The translations under genes and the position numbers were made by a program. From contig NC_057719.1 in the NCBI RefSeq assembly GCF_004010195.1, positions 83,274,027-83,338,026 of the forward strand: a stretch of DNA of 64,000 nt, given 5' to 3'. The notes under the pieces are model-generated. The model was not told the DNA's origin. It worked only from the letters and a program-made list of their open reading frames with translations, and did not search any database. Below are positions 50,601 to 62,502 of the stretch, one piece after another. The DNA comes from Chiloscyllium plagiosum (Eukaryota). The number at the start of each line of letters is the position of its first letter. Position 1 is the stretch's first letter.

Positions 50601-51029
50601 TGTCAGGTAATACTGAGCCTGTCTTCGGGAGCAATAATACTAGTTCTGGTGTTCTGATCATCCTCCAACATTGCTGAATATTGAACAGTGCCCCCAGTAT
50701 CTCTGATAGATTCACTTATTCTAATTTTGAGATACTGTCTCTGTCTAATTCATGATTATCCACTGGCCCTGAAGGTCCAACAGATGATCCAGTGGTAGTC
50801 TCACGCTGTGGGAGAATGCAGGAATTGCTTCACATATAACACTAAGACCATCTGGATCATTTTCTAGTAATTTATATGAACAGGAAAGATGTAATTCAGC
50901 ATCTTGAGCCTCTTCCTCTGTTCGACTAGGGAGAATCTGATGTTTTCCCTTTAATCTGGCTTTGTTCTTTATCCATCATACCATTGATTAAAATATATCA
51001 GCAATCTCAGTTTTAACACATTTTAGGTG

Positions 51030-51280
51030 CATTCAATCGGTAAAGTGAATGGTGATGTTAGATCGAGTTAGACCCCATCTACCACCTCCTGAGAAAAAGA
51101 ACAGGAAATGACATCACCATAGGAAATGACATCACCACAGGACATGACACCACCAACCCAAAGAAACCCAAACATATAAATAGAAAGCAGGAATCATGTA
51201 CACTGCTTTGCCTGAGGCCTATTGAAGATGTTACCTAGAAGGGTGATGAAATGTCTGGAAATGATCCTCCCAGCTCTGAT
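51030..51280 (+). mobile_element. Penelope family-C 3' end (AGGAAATGACATCACCA repeats, degenerate hammerhead)
   Basis: Matches 7407-7545; TTGAAGA-T-GTTACC...GGTGAT-GAAATGTC. Confidence 0.7.
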
Positions 51281-51669
51281 TTTAATGTTGTGGCTCCCTT
51301 ATTTTGGCCTACTCTCCAGAGGAACTTACTTCCCTCTCTCTCCAAGAAGGCTCCCATTGGAGAGGGTGTCAAGGAGGTTTGTGAGGGTCTTGTCAGGAGT
51401 GGAGAATCTAAGCTATAAGGAGACAAGAAACTAGCCACAACGTTTTCTCAGGTGCAGAAGTGGTTGGGGGGGAATTTGTTTGAAGTTCTTCAAATAATGA
51501 GGAGCCTACATTTATTCATAGGAAAGACCCATACCTCTTGATAAGATCATTGAGCTAAGATTCAAAGTGATGATGATAGGAGCACAGGGGAGTTGAAGGG
51601 AAATGTTTTCACCTCCTGAAGGTGGTGGAGATCTGATACTCAATGGCTTTCTGCAACTCCTCATACACC

Positions 51670-51810
51670 TACCCCCAGCCCTGAGGAAGGGTTACAACCC
51701 AAAACATTGCCTTCTCCACCTCCTGAGGCTGCCTGGCTTGCTGTGTTCTTCCAGCTTCCTGCTTGTCTACCTTGGATTCCATCCTCTGCTGTTTTTTTTG
51801 TCTCTAACCA
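51670..51810 (+). mobile_element. Penelope terminal fragment with degenerate hammerhead
   Basis: CTGAGGA-A-GGGT-TACA-ACCC-AAAACATT followed by GCTGCCTGGCTTGCTGTGTTCTTCCAGC. Confidence 0.55.
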
Positions 51811-53606
51811 AAGGGTGGTAAGAGGCAGGATTCCTTGTCACATTAACAAGAAATGGGTTTTCCTGTTATCTGGTTTGAGAAGAGATTGTGTTGTTGGGGG
51901 AGCTTCCAGAGAGACTATCAAAGTTCAAGACATTCTAGAGAGACTAGCAGTGGGTAAAATGACTTTTTCCCTTAACATTCTGCTAACTACTTACACTATT
52001 AAAGCTTAGCACAAGGCTGGACACAAGATCCTTTCCAGACTCGAGCTGTCATGTGACCTCCTACTGATGTCAAGTAACTGTTCACATAATTGAGTATTAA
52101 CTCTTTGCTCTACATTATACATTTCAAGTGGCTGAACCTACAGGGCTGAGACTGAGACCTGTAATGTGGCATTAGCCTGATAGCTCTTTCTTGGTTAGCA
52201 CAGACGCAAGGAACCAAGTGGCTTCCTTCAATGCCAAAAATTGTCCATGTTTCAATGTTATCTACGCTGTAATCAGCTGGAACACTTTGAATTTATCACT
52301 GTTAATCTCCCATACTTAGCGTCTCCAAACCTAACCTATATAACCCGTCCTTATCATTTAACCTCTTTAGCACTGGTGACCCTAATGGTTTCAATACGGT
52401 TCAATGGTAATGTCATTGATGATATGTAATTACAATGGGTCCCAATCCATTCATGAACACAGTGTGCCTGTTTGCAATGCTGGTCTTACCGAGAAAGCAT
52501 GTAAGTAAACTTGAAAGTGCTCAGAAACAAGCATAGAAGCTAATCCTGCCAAAGCTACGCTGACACAATTAAACGGATGATGATATGTTCCCTTGTTGGA
52601 AGGCAGAAACATCTCTCTCTGGGACTTTAGTGGAAAACTGTAGAATTCCAGCTCCCAGTGCCGCCATCTCTTTCAATAACCGAACAAAAGTAAATATGTC
52701 TTAAATAAGATATAGAATGAAGAGAGTAAGAGGTACTGCTTTCCAAAACACATAACCAGGCAGTAAGTGATTGAGAATTTAGTAAAAAATACAGCCACGT
52801 TCATCTCACGAGCTCTTTGGATGTCTCTCCCACTCGGGAGAGATAACTGGTACTGGGTCACCATACCTCAGGCAAGACAAGAGGTTAACTAGAAAGAGTC
52901 AATCACAGAAACATCAGCCACTGATGTGTATTACTCTGCATCACAAACCAGCCATCCAGCCAACTGAGCTAACCAATCTCAAGCAGTTGCTGAACTGAAC
53001 CAGCCAACAGGGGAGCTGGGGCATTGTTATGAAATGGGGCTCACAGTAGACCTTTCACTTCTGCTCTGTAAGTTAAGGAGATGTGCGTTTTGCAACATCT
53101 TGCAATCAGTTGTGGCTGAAACGATAATAATTGTGCAATCCTTTTATGATTTTATACTTTCATTGTTGTTTCGGTTTCAATGATTGTCCATAGCTGGGTC
53201 ATGATTTGAGATTATTTGTGATACCTGTATGATCATCACACCCTGGTATCTACTGCCACGGTGAATTTTCAATAAACTAGTTATTAATGTAATTAGGTTA
53301 CAGCTCACTCCCAGCCATGAAGATGTCTGTTTACATCCAGCTGCAATGGGTTTAGGGACCTGTAATCTGATGCTAAGTGCTGCCTGCTCTATGTTCTACA
53401 AGCGTTTGGAGTGAATGACAGAACACAGAGCACAAAGGCTTTTTTTCATGTGAATTAAAGCAGACCCCAATGATTCGTTAAGAGATGTTAGCATACAATG
53501 CCATGATATTGTGTTAATTCTGCCTCTACAATGTGAGATTTTGATCTAAATGGCCTATTAATGTAATGTTAACCCAGACGTTTTGAAATGGTACCAAATG
53601 CCATAA

Positions 53607-54512
53607 ATGTGGGTATGTTTGCCGAGCTGGGAAGTTGATTTGCAGACGTTTCATCCCCTGTCTAGGTGACATCTTCAGTGCTTTGAAGCCTCCTGTGAAG
53701 CGCTGCTGTACTGTGTCTTGTGGAATTCATTTGGTTCTGTTCTGCTTGTTTGATGTAGTGGCCAGTATCCTGGGTCTAGGTCAATGTGCTTGTCGATGGA
53801 GCCTATGGCTGAGGGCCGTGCTTCTAGAAATTCTCTGGCTGTCCTATGTTTAGTCTGTCCTATGATCGTTGTGTTGCCCCAGTCGAATCTGTGGTCCTTC
53901 TCACCTGTGTGTATGGCTACAGCTTGTCATGGTATTCAGTGGCTAGTTGGTGTTTGTGGATGCAGATTGCTAGTTGTCTGCCTGTTTGCATTATGTAGTG
54001 TTTGTGCAGTCTTTGCATAGAATCCTGTACATTAGGTTAGTCTTGCACATGATGGGTATCGGGTCTTTTGTTCTGGTGAGTTGTTGCCTGAGCACGGCTG
54101 CCAGTTTATGGGCTCCAATGAATCCGAGTGGTTGGAGAAATCTAGCTGTCCGTTCTGAGATGTTACTGGCTAGTGAGTTAGGTCATGGCATGTACTCACC
54201 GTGTTGTTTGTCTATTAGGCATCTGCAGACTTCTCTGACCACTCGGATTCATGTGCAAGACTAACGTAATTACTCCATCGAGAAGCACATTGACCTAGAC
54301 CCAATATACCAGCCACTACACTGAATAACCAGAAGCAACAGGAACAGCACCAAATGAATTCCACAAGACACAGTACAGAAGCGCTTCACAGAAGGACCCA
54401 AAGCACTGAAGATGTCACCTAGACAGGGGACAAAATGTCTGCAAATCAACTTCCCAGCTCGGCAAACATACCCATAACCATGACAACCAGCACCCAAGCT
54501 ACAAATCTTTAC
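53607..54512. mobile_element. Fold-back Penelope-like element with GIY-YIG remnant (- strand) and two hammerhead motifs
   Basis: Inverted arms ~53607-53800 / ~54272-54475; - strand KTNLMYRILCKDCTKHYIMQTGRQLA...HRFDWGNTTIIG...AREFLEA...IDKHIDLDP. Confidence 0.85.
53641..53681 (-). ncRNA. Minimal hammerhead ribozyme motif, intact core
   Basis: - strand GCA-CTGAAGA-T-GTCACC-TAGACA-GGGGAT-GAAA-C-GTC-TGC; stem I GCA/TGC. Confidence 0.7.
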
Positions 54513-54574
54513 ACAAACATTGAATGATAGCAAATGTCTGTGATGTCTAGGAAGAGAAAATCCTTATGTCCTGT

Positions 54575-55108
54575 TCTTGAGACTATAAAAGGACGTTGGC
54601 ATTTTCTTGTAACATAACTACTGGATGTCTCAACTTTCTTCACAGCCGCTGGGCTCCAACAACAACACTCAGGAAGTCTCGACACCATCCAGGACAAAGC
54701 CGCCCGCTTGATTGGCACCACATCCACAAGCATCCATTCCCTCCATCACCGACGCTCAGTAGCAGCGATGTGTACCATCCACAAGATGCACTGCAGAAAT
54801 TCACCGTAGCTCCCTAGACAAACCCACAACGACTTTCCGTTCAGAAGGACAAGGGCAGCAGATACATGGGAACACAACCACATGCAAGTTCCTCTCCTGA
54901 CTTGGAAATGTATTGCTGTTCCTTCAGTGTCACTGGGTCAAGTTCTGGAATTCCCCCTCTAGTAACATTGTGGGTCAACCCACAGTATGTGGTCTGCAGT
55001 GGTTCAAGAAGGCAGCTCACCACCACCTTCGCAAGGGCAACTGGGACAGGGCAATAAGTTTTGGCCCAGCCAGTGACGCCCACCTCCCATGAATGAGTAT
55101 TTTTTTAA
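54575..55108 (+). mobile_element. LINE family B 3' end
   Basis: Matches 11440-11905; tail CAGTGACGCCCACCTCCCATGAATGA. Confidence 0.85.
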
Positions 55109-55289
55109 AGTATGGAGGCAGCAGGTTTACCTGTCTATCTTGGCAGTGGACAGGGGTGCCTAGTACAATCATCTGAAATTTGATGACCGATTGTACACAA
55201 TTCCCTGATCATTAAAACAGAGAGTGGTTGGTGAGGCAGTTCTAGCCAACACTTCAGGAGTCAGGAATTAAAGATCAATTTATCAGTGG

Positions 55290-55570
55290 CAACTGGAGCA
55301 TAGAGACTATGTTATTGGACTAATAACCTCAAGGTCCGGACTAATACTGCGGAGTTTCTCAGTTTAAATTCCATGCATAGCAGCTAGGAGTTTAGCTTCA
55401 GTTAATTATAAGCTCTGAAGTAGAAAGCTAGACTCAGCCATTGTGACAGTGAAACTACAACATAGTCATAAAAACTCATGCAGTGCTCTAAGGACTCGAA
55501 AAATCGGTTTATGCTTTTGGATCTGATCTATGGGTGATTCTAGATAGCCCAGCAATGTGGGTTACCTTTC
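55290..55570 (+). mobile_element. tRNA-headed SINE / family-B head, old copy
   Basis: GGACTAATAA, AAAGCTAGACTCAGCCATTGTGAC, CAGCAATGTGG as at 9450-9680. Confidence 0.5.
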
Positions 55571-56399
55571 AACAAATAAAAAGATGCTTTTGTTTCAGTT
55601 TTCTGCAAACTCTTTCATTTATTCCGTACAAGAAAAGTGTTTGATAGGTAGGCCGTTTGGAGGTCATGTGACAAAACCCAATGCATTGTGGGCCCGGCCT
55701 CCCTCCACCTCAAAGCAGCCCTCTGCAAATACCATGGCCTTTTCCCAGAATGCCTGTGACCTTTCTAGACACTGGCGAATGAGCTTCTCGTAGAGTTGAA
55801 GGGGAGACTCTGGCACAGCCTCTGAGGACTGTAGGCACGGCAATACTTTGAATAGATTGCTGAACCCCAGTCAGTGTGGAAGGAACTGCCTCAGGAATCG
55901 GTTCTGCTTTAGACAGATCCTCCATCAATCATTGTAATTGTGGCAGAGTTGGACAGGGAGGGTGGGGGAAGGCAATGAGAGCACTTTGAATATTCTTTTA
56001 GACAACTTCCTCAAGACTGGAAATGCTTCAGAGAAAAAAAAGCCCAAGGCACAGACAGCGCTATTGTTACACGGAGGATGTCAATCAGCAACTGTTTGGA
56101 AAGGAACCAGTGCTTCAGTGACTGCTAATCACTCTCAATTAACAGCAAGGCTGTAAGTCACTCTATTTATAGAAAAAGGCGTAGTTCACGATGAAAGCAG
56201 GATGGGACTTTGGACACCACTGCAGGTAATAAACAAACACGTTGACTTGTGCGAGCTGCCAACTGGATTATGGGATATATTCTCGGCCTATTTGGGGAAA
56301 TCAAACTGATTTAGGCCCAGTGCTGTGTCAAATGTTGGCAACTGCAGGTTGACTAAATCACTCGTATCGCGTAAATGAAGGATTAAATTTAGGGGCAAT

Positions 56400-56600
56400 G
56401 AAGAGAAAGTCACCACGATCCTATCAGACCATGGGCCTGCTCTCGCATTACAGAGAGACAACCGCTGGTGGTTTAACCTGAGGGCCACTGCACCTCAGGT
56501 GAGGGGAGAGATTGAGGAAGGAGAGTCCTTCAGAGCAGGATGGGAATTGAATCCAGGCATTACTCTACATCACAAATGGAATATCCAGACAACTGCAGCA
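56400..56600 (-). mobile_element. Another tRNA-derived SINE (second copy ~52800-52975)
   Basis: - strand B-box-like GATTCAATTCCC; shared GAGAGA...CTGGT...ACCTCAGG...ACTCT(A/G)CATCACAAA with 52840-52950. Confidence 0.5.
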
Positions 56601-56849
56601 GGGGCAGAATGTGCTTTCAAGCTCTGAAAAAAGGTGAATCTGCCTTTTTTTGGTGTCCCAGAGTTATTTTGGACAGTCATTTATAGACTCAACTATCCAT
56701 ACTTTCTCCTCTGAAGGCAAAATACTGCAGATGCTGTTCCAAAGAAGAATCGTACCCAACTCGAAATGTGAACTCTGTTTTTCTCTCTCCACAGATGCTG
56801 CCAGACTTGCTGAGTGTCTCCAGCATTCTCCGTGTTGGTACTTCTAACC

Positions 56850-57550
56850 AGCCACATGCCTATCGCTCTGTGTTAATATGCACACGTCCACAGTCCGTTG
56901 CCTGTATTCTACCTCATGCCAAGCCCGGATGGTCCATCCTCACTGTGTTCGCTGACCTCCCATGGGTCCAGCAATACCTCGATTGTAAAATTCTTTCCGG
57001 CTGTGTTTCAGGGAAGGTGATGGTGTGGCGGGTGTTACCTCCTTCAGCCCCACCATCCTCCAGGTTGTGAGCACGCAAGTCATTCGGACATCTTGCACAA
57101 CTCATTTTTAGGAGAAAGTGGGGACTGCAGATGCTGGAGAGTCAGAGTCGAGAGTGTGGTGCTGGAAAAAGCACAGCAGGTCAGCCACCATCTGAGGAGC
57201 AGGGAAATCGACGATTCTGGCATCAGGAATGAGACCCGAAACCTCAATTCTCCTGCTCCTTGGGTGCTGCCTGACTTGGAGTGCTTTTTCAGCACCACAC
57301 TCTTGACTCGCAACTCAATTTTTTTCCCCCTGTACTGTCAACAGCCGCATCCCCCAGCTCTGTCAGCCCTGCAATTGGGTGTCTACACCTCTCTGTACCC
57401 CGAACGTCAGCACCTCCTTAAAACCTATCTCTTTGGCAAAGTTTTCTATCCTACTAGCTCAGTTTCAGATGACGGCTAATGCTCCTGTGAAGTATCCTAA
57501 GACATTTTACGACACTCAAGATGCTATGTAAATGTAAGTTGTTGTTGTCC
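56850..57550 (+). mobile_element. L2-like LINE 3' remnant with nested PLE fold-back insert (~57110-57310)
   Basis: L2-type tail GCTATGTAAATGTAAGTTGTTGTTGT; insert has inverted arms and a CAACTCA(A)TTTTT duplication. Confidence 0.6.
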
Positions 57551-57949
57551 CCCCCAACCCCTTTTTCTGCTGCCGTATTTTCTGCCGATGTGCACACATG
57601 CCAAGAAATTGACTTCACGGAACATCTGCGTGTGCTCAACCAATGCCCAAAGTCCTCACCAATACTCTGCAGAAATCTGTTCAAGTAAACGTTCTAATCC
57701 CTTACATCTGTGGTACAAACAGCACAGCCTCTCTCCAAAAACACCCCACAACAGATGTCCAACAGATTGTTGAGGACATTCAAGAGACAGAGGGAGCATG
57801 CAACTCAGTTACAATGAATGAGGGATTTTTCTCATTTCCCCTCTGGAGGTAGAGGGAATTATCGTACATTTGTACTTGGAAAAAGTTCAGTCAAATCAGA
57901 ACAAGTTAATACTCAGATGTCATTAAGATTAGTAACTGCATCCATTGCG

Positions 57950-60368
57950 CTCACTGAGTCTCTGTGTCAGTCTCCCTCACTGGGTCGGTGTCTCTATCTC
58001 CCTCACTGAGTCTGTGTGTCTATCTCCCTCACTGGGTTTGTGTCCCTGTCTCCCTCACTGTGCCTGTGTCTCTATCTCCCTCACTGAGTCTGTGAGCCTA
58101 CCTCCCTCACTGGGTCTGTGTCTCCATCTCCCTCACTGAGTCTGTGTCTCTATCTGCCTCACTAAGTCAGTGTCTCTATCTGCCTCACTGAGTCTGTGAG
58201 TCTATCTCCCTCACTGGGTCTATGTGTCTATCTCTCTCACTGCATCTGTAGGTGTGTCTATCTCTCGCACTGAGTCTGTGTCTCTATCTCCCTCACTGGG
58301 TGTGTGTCTCTATCTCCCTTACTGAGTCTGTGTGTCTATCTCCCTCACTGAGCCTGTGTGTCTCTCTCCCTCTCTGAGACTGTGTGTCTATCTCCCTCAT
58401 TGAGTCTGTCTGTCTATCTCCCTCACTGAGTCTGTGTGTCTATCTCCCTCACTGAGTCAGTGTGTCTATCTCCTTCACTGAGTCAGTGTGTCTATCTCCC
58501 TCACTGGGTCTGTATGTCTATCTCCCTCACTGAGTCAGTGTGTCTATCTCCCTCACTGAGTCTGTGTGTCTATCTCCCTCACTGGGTCTGTGACTCTATT
58601 TCCCTCACTGAGTCAGTGTGTCTATCTCCCTCATTGAGTCTGTCTGTCTATCTCCCTCACTGAGTCAGTGTGTCTATCTCCCTCATTGAGTCTGTGTGTC
58701 TATCTCCCTCACTGAGTCTGTGTGTCTATTTCCCTCACTGAGTCAGTGTGTCTATTTCCCTCATTGAGTCTGTCTGTCTATCTCCCTCACTGAGTCAGTG
58801 TGTCTATCTCCCTCATTGAGTCTGTGTGCCTTTCTCCCTCACTGAGTCTGTGTGTCTATCTCCCTCACTGAGTCTGTGTGTCTGTCTCCCTCACTGGGTC
58901 TGTGTGTCTATCTCTCGCACTGAGTCTGTGTGCCTTTCTCCCTCACGTGGTCTGTGTGTCTATCTCCCTCACTGGGTCTGTGACTCTATCTCCATCACTG
59001 AGTCTGTGTGTCTATCTCTCTCACTGGGTCTGTGTCTCTATCTCCCTCACTGAGTCAGTGTGTCTATCTCCCTCACTGGGTCTGTGACTCTATCTCCCTC
59101 ACTGAGTCAGTGTGTCTATCTCCCTCACTGAGTCAGTGTGTCTATCTCCCTCATTGAGTCAGTGTGTCTATCTCCCTCACTGATTCAGTGTGTCTATCTC
59201 CCTCACTGAGTCTGTGTCTATCTCCCTCACTGGGTCTGTGTGTCTATCTCTCGCACTGAGTCTGTGTGTCTATCTCCCTCATTGAGTCAGTGTGTCTATC
59301 TCCCTCACTGAGTCAGTGTGTCTATCTCCCTCACTGAGTCTGTGTGTCTATCTCCCTCACTGGGTATGTGTGTCTATCTCTCGCACTGAGTCTGTGTGCC
59401 TTTCTCCCTCACGGGGTCTGTGACTCTATCCCCCTCACTGAGTCTGTGTGTCTGTCTCCCTCACTGGGTCTGTGTGTCTATCTCTCGCACTGAGTCTGTG
59501 TGCCTTTCTCCCTCACGGGGTCTGTGTGTCTATCTCCCTCAGTGAGTCTGTGTCTCTGTCTCCCTCACTGTATCTGTGTGTCTATCTCCCTCACTGGGTC
59601 TGTGTCCCGATCCCCCTCACTGAGTCTGTGTGTCTATCTCTCTCACTGAGTCTGTGTGACTATGTCCCCCTCACTGGGTCTGTGTGTCTTTCTCACTCAC
59701 TGTATCTGTGTGTCTATCTCCCTTATTGAGGCTATGTCTCCATCTCCCTCACTGTGTCTGTGTCTCTATCTCTCTCATTGAGTCTGTGTGTCTGTCTCCC
59801 TCACTGAATCTGTGTGTCTGTGTCCCTCACTTAGTCTGTGTGTCTATGTCCCTCATTGGGTCAGTGTCTCTATCTCTCTCACTGAGTCTGGTGACTATCT
59901 CTCTCACTGGGTCTGTGTGTCCATCTCCCTCACTGGGTCTGTGTGTCCATCTCCCTCACTTAGTCTGTGTGTCTATGTCCCTCATTGGGTCAGTGTCTCT
60001 ATCTCTCTCACTGAGTCTGTGTGTCTATCTCCCTCGCTGTGTCTGTGTCTCCTCCCTCACTGCGTCTGTGTCTCTAACTCCCTCACTGGGTCTGTTTGTC
60101 TATGCCTCTCATTGGGTCTGTGTCTCTAACTCCCTCACTGAGTCTGTGTGTCTATCTCCCTCACTGGGTCTGTGTCTCTATCTCCCTCACTGTGTCTGTG
60201 TCTCTATCTCCCTCACTGTGTCTGTGTGTCTATCTCCCTCACTGAGTCTGTGTGTCTATCTCCCTCACTGGGTCTGTGTCTCTATCTCCCTCACTGTGTC
60301 TGTGTGTCTATCTCCCTCACTGAGTCTGGTGTCTATCTCTCTCACTGGGTCTGTGTGTCTATCTCACT
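57950..60368. repeat. 26-bp minisatellite, roughly 90 copies
   Basis: Unit TCTATCTCCCTCACTGAGTCTGTGTG with variants. Confidence 0.98.
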
Positions 60369-60624
60369 AGCCCACTAATCTGATCCTGAACAATTATTTT
60401 GCGCGGAATATGGAAATATTGATGCACCAGGTTAGGGCAAAGTCGTTTCTAAGGAATGCTTCCAAAGCTGATAGTCGATGGGCACTTCACCAGGGTACCT
60501 GAGTTGGTCTACTCCTCCTGGACCCATGTTCAGGTAAGTCATGCTTTTAAAACGGATAGTTGCAGCTTTACAAACTGCAGCTGAGCTCCCGGAAGTCCCT
60601 TTACCCTGGGATACTTGCCTTTAT

Positions 60625-62490
60625 TTATCAAGTTTATGATGGAGTTGTATATGTTAGACCACCATTGGAGTACTGTGTGCAGTTCTGGTCGCCCCTACTA
60701 TAGGAACGATGTGATTGTACTGAAGAGGGTGCAGAGGATGTTCACCAGGACATTACATGGACTGGAGCAATTCAACTATGAGGATACACTCGATAATCTC
60801 GGGGTTTCTTTCCAGAGAAGATTGTGGATTAGATACCTGATTGAGGTGTACACAATTCTGAGCATTAAAACAGGATAGACAGGGTGACTATCTTCCCAAC
60901 TGGAACCAGTGGTGTCACACAGGGTACTGTTTTGCAAAATATATTAATGATTTGAAGGAAGGAAACGAATGTACTGTCAAATTTGCAGACGATACAAAAC
61001 TAGGCCGAAAGGCAAGTTGTGACAGGGATACAAACCGTCCACAGAGCAATATTGACAGGTCAAGTAAATGGGCAAAAGATTGGCAAATGGAATATTGTGC
61101 GGGAGATTTGAAGTTGTCCCTTTTGAAAGGAGAACAAAGAACCGAATATTCCTTATCTGGAGGAAGACTACAGAAAGCTGAGCACAAAGGGACTTGTGCA
61201 TGATACGCAGAAAGCTAGCACCCAGGTATGCCAGTTAATCATGACGGTGAATGGAATGCTTGCTCTTATTTCAAGCGGGTTGGAGTATAAGAGTAGGGAA
61301 GCCTTACCGCAACTGTACAAGCTGCTGGTGAGACCACATCTGGAGTACGGCGAGTCGTTTTGGTCCCATTATTGAAGGAAAGTTATCACTTCATTGGAGG
61401 CAGCTCAGAGAAGGTTTACTTGGGATGATCCTCAGTCTGGAGGGATTGCTTAGGAGGAGAGGTTGGACAGGTTCGGACTCTACTCATTGGAATTTTGAAT
61501 CCGGAGAGTCGTGCTTATTGGAAACATATAGAATTCTTAAGGGGCTTGGCAGGGTAAATGTAGAGTGGATATTTCCCGGCATGGAAGATTCTAGGACCAG
61601 AGGGCATAGTCTCAGAATAAAGAGGTTTTAATACTGAGATGAGGAGGAATTTCTTCTCTCAAAGGGTTGAGAGTCTTTGGAACTCCTTGCCACATCTGTG
61701 GCAGAGTCCTTGTGTGTATTTAAATCTTAGATAGATGGGTTTTTAGATTAGATTACTTACAGTGTGGAAACAGGCCCTTCGGCCCAACAAGTCCACACCG
61801 ACCCGCCGAAGCGCAACCCACCCATACTCCTACATTTACCCCTTACCTAACACTACGGGCAATTTAGCATGACCAATTCACCTGACCTGCACATCTTTGG
61901 ACTGTGGGAGGAAACCGGAGCACCCGGAGGAAACCCACGCAGACACGGGGAGAATGTGGAAACTCCACACAGTCAGTCGCCTGAGGCGGGAATTGAACCC
62001 GGGTCTCAGGCGCTGTGAGGCAGCAGTGCTAACCACTGTGCCACCGTGCCACCCACGGTTCTTGATCAGTCAGGGATTTGAGGGTCACTGGGAAAGCCCA
62101 GGAAAATGAACATAAGAGATGTCAGATCAGCCATAATGCTATTGAATGGAGGAGCAGGACTGAAGGGCCAAATGGCCTACTTCCTGTTCCCATTTCTAAC
62201 GCTCTTCTGGTCTTGGGGAAGGCAACAATTAACTGGGGCACAGTTTTAAGGCAAGGAGCAGGAGGTTTAGAGAAGGATTTGAGGACCTTTTCTCTTCATC
62301 CAGGCTGACAGGTCGCTGGAACTCACTGCCAAAAAGGAACCCTCAAGTGTTTTAATAAATATTTAGATGACCATTTGAAATGCCAAAGCATACAAAGCTA
62401 TGGGTCAAGTGCTGGGAAATGGGGTTAGGATAGATGGATGTTTGATGACAGACACAATGGGCCAAAGGGCGTCATTCTGTGATTTCTTTA
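60625..62490 (+). mobile_element. Cluster of CR1 LINE RT/3' fragments with nested HE1
   Basis: CTVKFADDTKLG; YYRNDVIVLKRVQRMFTR; LLETYRILKGLGRV. Confidence 0.85.
61745..62052 (-). mobile_element. Young HE1-type SINE, full length
   Basis: Near-identical reverse complement of 50141-50443. Confidence 0.95.
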
Positions 62491-62502
62491 TCAGCCATTG
62501 AT

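Noticed and set aside
52620..52675. Promoter-like motifs (ZNF143-like TAGAATTCCAGCTCCCAG, YY1-like GCCGCCATCT)
   Set aside because: Imperfect matches, no CpG island and no associated exon.
57945..60378. Ser/Leu/Cys/Val-rich ORFs up to 228 aa; regular spacing could suggest a CRISPR array
   Set aside because: Head-to-tail minisatellite with no unique spacers, no cas genes and a eukaryotic context.
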